A stretch of DNA of 64,000 nt from an uncultured Thermoplasmata archaeon (GTDB lineage: Archaea > Thermoplasmatota > Thermoplasmata > RBG-16-68-12): assembly GCA_963768855.1 (NCBI GenBank), contig CAVYJM010000006.1:736001-800000 (forward strand), written 5' to 3'. A program made the translations under genes and the position numbers. A model generated the notes under the pieces. It was not told where the DNA came from. It saw only the letters and a program-made list of their open reading frames with translations, and made no database searches. Shown here piece after piece: positions 45,760-54,729 of this stretch (its first letter is position 1; each line of letters starts with the position of its first letter).

Positions 45760-46608
45760 TCACGGGGACATGCCGTACGTCTGCCGCGGAGGCGCGACGC
45801 CGAACATCGGGAGGCCCTGGAAATCCTCAGCGACTTTCCCCGTCGTGGCAAATCGGTAGAGCGCTGCGATCAGAATCGAACTCGCAGCGGACGAGATCAG
45901 GCCGAGGATGATCCAGTACACGACGGCGATCACGAGCCCCACGATCAGACCGACGATCCCCCCGATCACCGCTCCGAGAGCGATCGGCAGGATTCCTGCG
46001 AGGCCCGCGAGGACGAAAATGGCCCCCATACTGAAACCGCCCACGATCGTCTCGCCCCATGTCGCCTTGAAGATGTGGGCGCTCCGCTTCACGGAGGCCC
46101 AGGGACCGAGCTTCTCGTAGACTAGGACCGGCACCACGAAGTACGTTGCCAGGCTCCACGCGACGCCCACGAGCCCGATCACGATCCGTCCCAGGATTCC
46201 GCTCCGCTGCTGGATGGCGCGGAGGATCATCGCCACGGTCCCCGCGAAGAGGGCCCACAGGAAGATCCGCCCCACGTTCTCGCGGGCGATGCGCAGGCCG
46301 TCCCCGAGGGTCGGGTTCCCCCCGTTGAGGCGGATCGTCGCGGCGCCGATCACCGCGGCATTGAAGAAGATCGCCACGAAGAACGCGAAGATGTAATACA
46401 CCGCGAGCACGGGGATGAGGAGCCACGACGAGGGTCCGTTGAGGAACGCTTCGAACCCGACCAGGGCGAACATCCCGCCGAGGAACCCGCCGAGGATCAG
46501 GAGGAGGGCCAGCCCCGAGAGGAGCGGGAAGATGAGGAGCTCTTTGTCCTTTCGCAGCACACGCAAACTGGTTTTCGTCAGTTGCCAGCCGAGTCCGATT
46601 CGTCCCAT
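45760..46608 (-). CDS. DUF6159-like membrane protein
   Basis: GWQLTKTSLRVLRKDKELLIFPLLS and YFVVPVLVYE...SVKRS..IFKATWGE. Confidence 0.7.
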   Translation of the reverse strand: MGRIGLGWQLTKTSLRVLRKDKELLIFPLLSGLALLLILGGFLGGMFALVGFEAFLNGPSSWLLIPVLAVYYIFAFFVAIFFNAAVIGAATIRLNGGNPTLGDGLRIARENVGRIFLWALFAGTVAMILRAIQQRSGILGRIVIGLVGVAWSLATYFVVPVLVYEKLGPWASVKRSAHIFKATWGETIVGGFSMGAIFVLAGLAGILPIALGAVIGGIVGLIVGLVIAVVYWIILGLISSAASSILIAALYRFATTGKVAEDFQGLPMFGVAPPRQTYGMSP

Positions 46609-46684
46609 GTCCCTCTCTCCTCCGTTGTGTTGGGCGTTCGAAGAGCCCAGGGTCTCCTAAGACCTTCGACGGCATTCCCAGCTG

Positions 46685-48131
46685 CTACGTGGCGGCGAGC
46701 ACCTTCGTCGCGGGTCGCTTCAGGGCCCGCTTCACGAACGCGTTGAGCTTGGCCTCGACCGCGGGCTCCAGGGGTGGATCGACGACGTGCTCCCGGAGGA
46801 CCGCCTCGGCGCGACGCGCGGCCTTCTCCGCTACGTCCATTCCCTCCCGCGAGATGCGGGATCCCCGCAGGAACGTGTCCGGGAGGAAGTGTTCCTGGCG
46901 GAAGTGGGAGAGGGTGTGCGGGTGGGCGAGGTAGGATCCGCGGAAGCCCGCGGACTCGATCACCTCGGTCGCCAGGGTTTCCTCCGAGACCTCGATCCCC
47001 GTGAGGATGCGCCGCACGGATCCCGCGAGGTCTCCGTCCAACACGAGCTTCGCGTAGCTGGCGCTGAGGCTCGATTCGAGGCTCCCAGCGACGTCGTAAA
47101 TGAAGTCGAACCCGGCGAGGCCGGAGAGCAGGAGCGTCGTGGCCGATTCGGCCCCGGCCTGATAGTCCGGGGAGAGGGCCTCCGTGTTCCCTCCGGTCCC
47201 GCGGGAGGGGATGCCGTAGTACCGCGCAAGTTGCGCGGCGCCCAGGGAGATGAGGCCCGCCTCGGGGGCTCCGAGCGCGACCGCTCCCGTCCGCATGTCC
47301 AGAATCGTCGAGACGCTCCCGTAGAGGACCGGAGCCCCGGGATGGACGCACTGGGCGACAGCGATCGACGCGAGGACTTCGGCGTTCTGCTGGACGAGGA
47401 CGCCCGCCAGGGTGGACGGCGCGGTGCCGCCCGCCATGCATTCCGGCGGCATGATGCACGGCTGTCCCGCCCGCGCGAATGCGACGAGCCCTTCCGTCGT
47501 CTCCTTGGCCAGGGTCAGCGGGCTCACAGGGTTCGTGAAGCCCAGGAGGAGCGGTCGTGCCTCGAGCTCGTCGCGGCCTCCCGCGACGATGGCCGCCATG
47601 TCGATCGTGTCCTGCGCGTATTGCCGGCCCCAGTTGTAGCCGTCCAGGGACTTCGTGCTGAACTTGAATCCGTACAGGACCTCGTAGAGGTGGACCGCCT
47701 CGTTCGGGACGTCCCGCGGCCACACGACCCAGGACGCATGGTCCAGGAACGGCGAGGCGTCGACGAGGCGATAGAAGGATTCAACGTCCTTCAGCGTCGG
47801 CGGGCGCACGTCCCCGTGTCCGTTCTCCACCTGGACGGCCGTGCCCATGCTGCTGAAGTACGTGTTCCCCTCCCCGAAGGCGAGGACGTGATCCGGCGCG
47901 CGTCCGTAGAGGCGGAAGCGGCTCGGCGCCAGGCAGGAGGAGCTGCTTCAGGGCGGTCTCCGGGATCCGGACGACCTGGCTCACGTCGTCGTAGGATGCA
48001 CCCGCGGTCTCGAGGGCCTTTGCGGCCTCCGGGTCCAGGATCCGCACTCCGGTCCGCTCGAGTACGCGCACCGTGGCTGCGTGGATCTTCTGCAATTCCC
48101 CGCGCGTGAAGGGTTCCAGACGAATCGTCAA
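46685..48131 (-). pseudogene. mttB: MttB-superfamily methyltransferase (copy 2) split by a single +1 frameshift near 47935
   Basis: N-terminal LTIRLEPFTRGELQKIHAATVRVLERTG (TTG 48131) is in one frame. The remainder LAPSRFRLYGRAP...NPVSPL...YYGIPSRGTGGNTEA is in the next frame. Confidence 0.85.
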
Positions 48132-48229
48132 GCTCCCCGTCCCCCCAACCGACCGCTCCCGATGGGACGAACCATCGTCACGTCTCCCCGGGACCCCGTG
48201 GATCCCTGGGCAAACTTTCGCATGGACCC

Positions 48230-48248
48230 ATGGAACTAATAGTTCCAT
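48230..48248. promoter_or_regulatory. 19-bp perfect inverted repeat ATGGAACTA-A-TAGTTCCAT (candidate operator)
   Basis: Lies in the divergent intergenic region between mttB copy 2 and the activator operon. Confidence 0.7.
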
Positions 48249-48391
48249 CGTAATGACTGCATGATTGCCCCCTTTCCCGGATTCCTCAGGGGGAGTGTTC
48301 CGGGCAGATCGAGCGGACGCGTCCGCAGTTCGGGCGTGAAGGCTATGAGGGCCCGTCTCTCTTCCCCCGGCATGCGAGGTGGGGACCGACC

Positions 48392-48919
48392 GTGGACGCG
48401 GCCGACCGGGAAGTGACGCAGAGGGTCGGGGCGTTGCGCGGGGTCCTCCGCGTCGTGGCCTTGGCTCCCGAGGATCGCGAGGGCCTGATCCGGCACGGCA
48501 CCGCGGCGGCCGCCGAGAACCAGGGCGTGACGGAGGTCCTGTCCCGCCAGCGCGTTCTCTGCATCTTCAAAGACCCCTCGTTCCGTCCGCCGCCGGAGCC
48601 GACGCTCCTCCTGGTCGACGAGGCAGGGAAGGTCTTGGGTCGCGAACTCCTCCCCGGGGACGCGCCTCCCGCGGACCGTCGCGTCGCGCATCTGGGGAAG
48701 GATTTCGTGCTCTTCACCGGGGAGCGGCCGGAAGGGCACTACCGCTTCCTCCTCCCCCCGGTACGGTTCCCCGAGCTCGAATCGATCCCCCGCGTCGACC
48801 GCGTGGTCTCCGCGAGCCCCGACTCGCCGCAGGACGACTACCTACGTGCACGCTTCGACGTGCCGCTGGGACACCGGTACGCCTCCGTCCTCATCGGATA
48901 CGATGTGCGGAATCCTTAG
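48392..48919 (+). CDS. Hypothetical protein (175 aa) upstream of the corrinoid activator
   Basis: Clean ORF with SD-like GAGGTGG; distinctive FRPPPEPT, LGKDFV and SASPD motifs; function unknown. Confidence 0.75.
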   Translation: MDAADREVTQRVGALRGVLRVVALAPEDREGLIRHGTAAAAENQGVTEVLSRQRVLCIFKDPSFRPPPEPTLLLVDEAGKVLGRELLPGDAPPADRRVAHLGKDFVLFTGERPEGHYRFLLPPVRFPELESIPRVDRVVSASPDSPQDDYLRARFDVPLGHRYASVLIGYDVRNP

Positions 48920-48946
48920 GTAGCGTCACGCGCCTCCCTTCTCCGC

Positions 48947-50788
48947 TTGGCGCAGCCCGTCGCAATCTTCCAGCCGGAGGGACGCCGCACCCGCGTGGGC
49001 GTGCGGGAAGACCTCCTGGACGCCGCCCGCCGATGCGGGGTCGGCCTCGAGGATCTCTGCGCGGGGCGAGGTACGTGCGGGAAGTGCAAGGTGCTCGTGC
49101 GCCGCGGCTCGGAGCTCCTCCGGCCCCCCGGCCCCTTCGAGGCCCACCTCACCAAGGAGGACCGCCAGCGCGGCGTCCGTCTTGCGTGCCAGTGCCGCCC
49201 CGCGGGCGAGGGGATCATCGTCCTCGAGGTTCCCCCGGAGTCGCAGCGGGGATGGCAGCGCCTCCAGACCTCCGGGCTCATGCCCGCCCACGGACTGGCC
49301 CCGGACCTCCGCAGGGTGCGGGCGCCCCGGATCCTCACGCCGGCGCGAATCCGGTCGTCGGGATGGCGGGTCGCACCCGGAGCGCTCGACGCCCTGGTCC
49401 CTCACGAAAAGCGGCGACCGACCGCTCGGAGCCTCGTCGTCTGGCGGAAGGAGGTCCTCGCGTGCCAGTCCCCGTCGGACCGGATCCTCGGGATGGCCTT
49501 CGACATCGGCTCGACCAAGATCGCCGGCTTCCTGATGGACTTGGAGACGGGCGACCCCTTGGAGACCGTCTCCGCCCCGAACCCGCAGATGGTCCACGGC
49601 GAGGACATCATGTCTCGGCTGGCGTTCGCCCGCGGCGGGCCCGCACAGGAAACCCTCCTCCACGAGGAGATCCTCGGGACCCTGAACGATCTGATTCGAA
49701 AGGGGTGTGCACTGGCCCACCAGCCCGTGGAACGGGTCTTCGAGGTCGTGGCCGTCGGGAACACGGCGATGCACCACCTCTTCCTCGGCCTCCCGACGGA
49801 CGGCCTCTCGCGCGCCCCGTACACTCCCTCCACGAAGCGGGAGGAGACGCGGCGCGCCGGCGCCTTCGGGCTTCACGTCGCTCGTGCCGCTGCGGTCGTC
49901 GCGCCCCCGGTCGTCGCAGCCTTCGTGGGGAGCGACCTGGTCGCGGGGGTCCTCGCTACCCGCCTCCATCGTTCCTCGCGGTTGCGGGTGTTCATCGACG
50001 TCGGCACGAACACGGAGATCTGTGCCGGGGGCCGAGGGCGGCTCGTCGCGTGCTCGACGCCCTCGGGTCCTGCCTTCGAGGGCGCGCACATCCGGTTCGG
50101 CATGCGGGCCGCCGATGGCGCGGTGGAGCGCGTCGCGATTGAGCCGGACACGTTCCATGTGGACTACCGGGTCATCGGCCGCATGAAGCCTCGAGGGCTG
50201 TGCGGATCGGCACTCCTCGACCTCCTCGCCGATCTCTTCCGTACCGGGGCGATCGACTCTGCGGGGCGGCTCCAGCGGCGGGTCGCAGCGCGCCGGATCC
50301 GGCGTCTCGGAGACCAGCTCGCGTTCCTTGTGGTCGACGCGGACGAGACCTCGATCGGACAGGACCTCCTCCTGACTCAGGACGACATCGGCCAGCTCCA
50401 GCTTGCCAAGGCGGCGATCCACGCCGGCATCGATCTGCTCCTGGACACGCTCCACCGTCCCGTGTCCGACATCCAGACCCTCTACCTGGCGGGCGCCTTC
50501 GGCAGCTACCTCGCGCCCGAGAGTGCCCGGGCGGTCGGCATGCTCCCGGACTTGCCGCTCGAGCGCGTCCAGTTCGTCGGGAACACGGCCGGGTCGGGTG
50601 CGCGTCTGGCCCTCCTCTCCATCCGGGAGCGCAAGGCGATGCGGGATATCGCGAGGCGCATCCGTCACAATCCTCTCGCTGGCGACCCGCGTTTCCCCCG
50701 GGAATTCGCCGCCTCCCTGTTCCTCCCGCACCGGGACGCCACGCGGTTCCCGAGCGTCACGCCGCGGCGGCGCGCGCCTGCTCGATGA
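48947..50788 (+). CDS. ASKHA-type reductive activator of corrinoid proteins (RACo-like, N-terminal [2Fe-2S])
   Basis: CAGRGTCGKC...LACQC ferredoxin; FDIGSTK, HGEDIMSR, DVGTNTE, GPAFEG, GLCGS, LAGAFGSY and VGNTA. Confidence 0.9.
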   Translation: MAQPVAIFQPEGRRTRVGVREDLLDAARRCGVGLEDLCAGRGTCGKCKVLVRRGSELLRPPGPFEAHLTKEDRQRGVRLACQCRPAGEGIIVLEVPPESQRGWQRLQTSGLMPAHGLAPDLRRVRAPRILTPARIRSSGWRVAPGALDALVPHEKRRPTARSLVVWRKEVLACQSPSDRILGMAFDIGSTKIAGFLMDLETGDPLETVSAPNPQMVHGEDIMSRLAFARGGPAQETLLHEEILGTLNDLIRKGCALAHQPVERVFEVVAVGNTAMHHLFLGLPTDGLSRAPYTPSTKREETRRAGAFGLHVARAAAVVAPPVVAAFVGSDLVAGVLATRLHRSSRLRVFIDVGTNTEICAGGRGRLVACSTPSGPAFEGAHIRFGMRAADGAVERVAIEPDTFHVDYRVIGRMKPRGLCGSALLDLLADLFRTGAIDSAGRLQRRVAARRIRRLGDQLAFLVVDADETSIGQDLLLTQDDIGQLQLAKAAIHAGIDLLLDTLHRPVSDIQTLYLAGAFGSYLAPESARAVGMLPDLPLERVQFVGNTAGSGARLALLSIRERKAMRDIARRIRHNPLAGDPRFPREFAASLFLPHRDATRFPSVTPRRRAPAR

Positions 50789-52205
50789 GCTCGTCGAGCC
50801 TGCGGACCGTGTCGGCGGGCAACGGGTTGGGCGGGGCGTGGGTCAGGGCCTCCCGCACCTTGTCCCGGGCCCGGTCCTCCATGCTCCGGCTCCCGCTCGC
50901 GACCCAGAGGTCGTGGCTCCGGCGGTCCACGAGCCGCGGCTGAAAGTGTTCGGTCCGCAGGTGCTCCATCGTGTGCCGCTGCCCCAGGAACATGCCGCCG
51001 ATGCCCACCTTCTCGATCACGTCGAGCGCGAGATGATCCGCATCGACCATGATTCCGTCCGCGATGCGGCGGATCATGCTCACCATCTCGTCGTCGATGA
51101 AGAGCTGCTCCAGCCACAACGTCCGCGCGTCCTCCAGGAGTCCGATCCCGCAGATCAGGTCCGCGCCCCCGAGCACGAGCGACAGTCCGCTGGCAAACTG
51201 CTCCAGGGCGGCCTGCGTTCCGGGTACGGACGCCGTCGCGTCGAACCCGCCGCAGAGGCTTGGCACTCCATAGGCATGGGCGATCTGCGTCACGGCGGCG
51301 CCCGTGAGTCCATGCTCGGGCGACCCGCCGGCACGCGTGGTCGTCTTCATGTCGAGCGGGGCGATCCCCGTTCCCCAGATCACCGGGCACCCGGGATTCG
51401 CGAGCTGGCACATCGTGAGCCCGCTGAGGAATTCCATCGCCGCGACGACGACGGACCCCGCGAGCGTGACCGGCCCCGAGGTCCCCGGCCCCGGCATCGT
51501 GAAGATCGCCACGGGCACCCCGGCCTCCCCGAAGACGAACGCCGTGTCCATGTTCCCGCCATCGTGCTGGAGGGGGGCGATCGACGTGTGGACGGAGGAG
51601 ATGATGGGTCGCTTCCGGAGCGCTTCCCTCCCGCCGGTGACGGCTGCGGCCATGTCGACGAGCCGCCGTCCGTTCTCCGGCGTGACCGCCGTCGCGAACT
51701 GGACGTGCTTGTCCGTGTTCATCAATGAAACCTTGAGGTCGACGTAGGTCCGGATTCCGGGGGGCACATCTTGGGAGGTGACCATGGGCCAGAAGACATG
51801 GAGATTCTCGAGCGCGTTGGACACGATTGCCGTCTTGGCGAGGTCGGCCGCGGTCGAGGGGCGCCGCTCCCCCGTCTCGAAATCGATCGCGAGCGGTCCG
51901 TTCCCGTCGTTGCAGACGTGGACGTGCTGGAGATCGAGGTCCGCATCCTGGCTCGGACTCCGTCCGAACAGCGTGATGCGCTTCGCGGTGCGATTGAGCG
52001 CATCCTCGACCAGTGACGTCGGGATCCGCGCTACGTGGGTGGCCTCGTCCACGTGCGCGCCCGCCTCTGCAAGTAGCCGCCGTCCCCGGGCCGTCCCGAT
52101 CTTGACGCCGACCTTCTCGAGCTCGAGCAGGGCCGCTTGGTGGATCCGCCCGACGTCCTCTTTCGAGAGGACGGGATAGGGACGACGGATTGCGATCCCG
52201 CTCAT
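50757..52205 (-). CDS. mttB: MttB-superfamily methyltransferase, non-pyrrolysine (copy 3)
   Basis: LSKEDVGRIHQAALLELEKVGV, IAPL, GTSGPVTLAGSVV, GSPE and AYGVPSLCGGFDATA. Confidence 0.9.
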   Translation of the reverse strand: MSGIAIRRPYPVLSKEDVGRIHQAALLELEKVGVKIGTARGRRLLAEAGAHVDEATHVARIPTSLVEDALNRTAKRITLFGRSPSQDADLDLQHVHVCNDGNGPLAIDFETGERRPSTAADLAKTAIVSNALENLHVFWPMVTSQDVPPGIRTYVDLKVSLMNTDKHVQFATAVTPENGRRLVDMAAAVTGGREALRKRPIISSVHTSIAPLQHDGGNMDTAFVFGEAGVPVAIFTMPGPGTSGPVTLAGSVVVAAMEFLSGLTMCQLANPGCPVIWGTGIAPLDMKTTTRAGGSPEHGLTGAAVTQIAHAYGVPSLCGGFDATASVPGTQAALEQFASGLSLVLGGADLICGIGLLEDARTLWLEQLFIDDEMVSMIRRIADGIMVDADHLALDVIEKVGIGGMFLGQRHTMEHLRTEHFQPRLVDRRSHDLWVASGSRSMEDRARDKVREALTHAPPNPLPADTVRRLDELIEQARAAAA

Positions 52206-52849
52206 GAGTGCTTGCCGACGAGCTTCTGCGCCAGCCGCACCGCGCCGGACGCGTCGCCGGCCGTGCCGTCCGAGCCGATCTCCTTCGCGTACTGTTCCGT
52301 GACCGGCGCACCGCCGACGAGGAACTTCTCGCGCGAGCGGACGCCCTTCGTCTGCGCCGCGGCGAGCAGTTCCTTCATCCTCGGCATGGACGTCGTCATG
52401 AGGGCGGACACCCCGACGATCTCCGCGTTGATCTCCTTCGCCTTGGCGAGGATCGCGTCCGCGGGCTGGTTCACGCCCAGGTCGACGACGTCGAACCCGT
52501 TCGCCGTGAGCATCGTCCCGACGAGGTTCTTCCCGATCTCGTGAATGTCATCCTGCACGGTCGCGAGGACGACCTTGTGCGTCTCGCGCGCGGGCCCTCC
52601 CTTCGGCACGCGCGGTTCGAGGATCGCGACCCCGGTCCGCATCGTCTCCGCGGCCATGACGAGCTCGGGCAGGAAGCACTCGCCCGCACCGAACTTCTGG
52701 CCGACGTCGCGGATTCCAGCTCCCAACCCTTTCTCGATTCCGGCGAGCGGATCCATGCCGTGATCCAGAGCCTCCTTGGCCAGGGCGGGCATGCCTTCCA
52801 TGTCGTATTCCATGACGGCTTTCTTGAGTCGCGCTACGTAGTCCTCCGT
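52202..52849 (-). CDS. Corrinoid (B12-binding) methyl-carrier protein (MttC/MtbC-like), probable ACG start
   Basis: FLPELVMAAE cap; DIHEIGKNLV (DxHxxG), DLGV, SALMTTS, VGGAPVT and GTAGDA. Confidence 0.92.
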   Translation of the reverse strand, partial: TEDYVARLKKAVMEYDMEGMPALAKEALDHGMDPLAGIEKGLGAGIRDVGQKFGAGECFLPELVMAAETMRTGVAILEPRVPKGGPARETHKVVLATVQDDIHEIGKNLVGTMLTANGFDVVDLGVNQPADAILAKAKEINAEIVGVSALMTTSMPRMKELLAAAQTKGVRSREKFLVGGAPVTEQYAKEIGSDGTAGDASGAVRLAQKLVGKHS

Positions 52850-52977
52850 GGTGTTCACCTCCGCCGTGCGGTGAACCGGGACGTGCCGTGGGGTGGAAAA
52901 CCTTTTGGCTCTTACCTTGTGCCGCAAACCTTGACATACTCCTTCCGGTTTCCCGCTGCACCTCGGGAGGCGGTGGA

Positions 52978-54534
52978 ATCGCATCCTACGATGCTGTCGT
53001 CATCGGCGCAGGCCACAACGGTCTCGTCGCGGCGAACTACCTCGCGAAAGCGGGTCTTCGCGTCGCAGTGGTGGAGCGCTCGGACCGGGTGGGCGGGGCC
53101 AGTGTCACGGACGAAATCGCCCCGGGATTCAGGGTGAGCGCGGCCGCCTACGTGTCGGGCCTGTTCCGCCCGCAGATCATCGAGGACCTCGAGCTGGCGA
53201 AGTACGGCCTGCGTCAGATCGCCTTCGACCCGCAGGCCTTCTGCCCATTTCCGGATGGCCGCTCGCTCCTCCTGTGGAGTGACGTCGAGCGCACGTGCAA
53301 GGAAGTCGCCCGGTTCTCGAAGAAGGATGCGGAAGGGTACCGCCGCTACGCGGCCTTCTGGGACTCGTTCTACGAGCTGATCGAGCCGATGCTCCTGTCG
53401 CCTCCCGTCCCGGTGGCCGATCTCGTGGACCTGATGCGGGGGGCAGAGGCGGAGGAGCTCATGCGGCGCCTCCTGTTCTACAGCGCCGAGGAACTCCTCG
53501 ACGAGTACTTCGAGTCGCCGGAGGTGAAGGCCGCCCTGGCGAACCAGAGCATCATCGGGCATTTCGCGGGGCCGTCCTCCCCATGCACCGCATTCACGCT
53601 GAGCCACAACCTCCTGGGGAACATCAACGGCGTCGTGGGCGCATGGGGCTTCACGGTGGGAGGCATGGGTGGGATCCCGGACGCTCTTGCCAAGGCCGCG
53701 CGGGCGCGCGGCGTGGAGATTCTCCTGAACGCCCCGGTCGGACGGGTCGTCACCGCGAACGGGCGAACGACCGGGGTGAGGCTCGAGGACGGTCGTGTCC
53801 TCGAATCGAAAGCGGTCCTCTCCAGTGCCGATCCGAAACGGACCTTCCTGGGAATGGTCGAGCCCGACGCGCTTCCATCCGAATTCCTCCGGGCGGTCTC
53901 CCGTATCAAGATCCACGGAGCCGCGATGAAGGTCAACTGCGCATTGTCGGAACTTCCGGAGTGGACGGCGCGGCCCGGTGGTCCCGGTCCGCACCACCGT
54001 GGGTCGACGTACCTCTGTCCCTCCATCGAGTATGTGGAGGCGGCGTTCGCGGACGCCAAGCGCGGAATCCCATCCCGAGCTCCGTGGATGGAGGTCGTCA
54101 CCCAGAGCGTCCTGGATCCGAGCGTCGCCCCTCCGGGGAAGCACACCCTCTCCGTCTACGTGCAGTACACGCCGTACCATCTCGCATCGAACTCCTGGGA
54201 CGACATTCGGGAAGCGTACGCGGACACGGTCCTGGAGACCCTCGCGCAGTACGCTCCGAACGTCCCGGACGCGGTCCTCGCCCGCGAAGTCCTCACGCCT
54301 CTCGATCTGGAGCGCCGGTTCGGGCTCACGGAGGCGCATCAGTCGCACGGAGAGATGGGCCCGGACCAGTTCTTCTCCTTCCGGCCCGTGCCCGGCTGGT
54401 CCAACTACCGCATGCCGATCCGGGGCCTCTACCTCTGCGGCGCGGGAACGCACCCCGGCGGCGGAGTGATGGGCGCACCCGGATACAACGGCGCGCAGGC
54501 CGTGATCGAGGATTGGGCCAGCCTCAAGGCGTGA
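52978..54534 (+). CDS. COG1233 phytoene-desaturase-like FAD oxidoreductase, probable ATC start
   Basis: YDAVVIGAGHNGLVAANYLA, VGG, TPLDLE and GLYLCGAGTHPGGGVMGAPG. Confidence 0.88.
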   Translation: MASYDAVVIGAGHNGLVAANYLAKAGLRVAVVERSDRVGGASVTDEIAPGFRVSAAAYVSGLFRPQIIEDLELAKYGLRQIAFDPQAFCPFPDGRSLLLWSDVERTCKEVARFSKKDAEGYRRYAAFWDSFYELIEPMLLSPPVPVADLVDLMRGAEAEELMRRLLFYSAEELLDEYFESPEVKAALANQSIIGHFAGPSSPCTAFTLSHNLLGNINGVVGAWGFTVGGMGGIPDALAKAARARGVEILLNAPVGRVVTANGRTTGVRLEDGRVLESKAVLSSADPKRTFLGMVEPDALPSEFLRAVSRIKIHGAAMKVNCALSELPEWTARPGGPGPHHRGSTYLCPSIEYVEAAFADAKRGIPSRAPWMEVVTQSVLDPSVAPPGKHTLSVYVQYTPYHLASNSWDDIREAYADTVLETLAQYAPNVPDAVLAREVLTPLDLERRFGLTEAHQSHGEMGPDQFFSFRPVPGWSNYRMPIRGLYLCGAGTHPGGGVMGAPGYNGAQAVIEDWASLKA

Positions 54535-54632
54535 GCCGGAACCGCGGGACATCCCCTGGCCGCTCCCGGCGGAGTCCCCTGCCGTACTTACCATAGGCTC
54601 ATGATTTTTGAGCGGCTACCCGCCTCGCATGA

Positions 54633-54677
54633 CCCCGGGGACGGTGAGCGGTCGCTTCGGGCTCGCTCACCCCGGGG
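54633..54677 (+). other. Strong GC hairpin in the 5' leader of mttB copy 4
   Basis: CCCCGGG...GTGAGCG / CGCTCAC-CCCGGGG can pair; lies between an ATTTTTGA box and the SD at 54717. Confidence 0.5.
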
Positions 54678-54729
54678 CCTCGATGTCGCCCAGTGGCTCG
54701 GAGGCTCGAATTGACAGGAGGTGAAGGAC

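Noticed and set aside
52978-54534. Carotenoid biosynthesis (crtI)
   Set aside because: No crtB/crtE/crtY nearby; the context is C1/amine metabolism and COG1233 is functionally broad.
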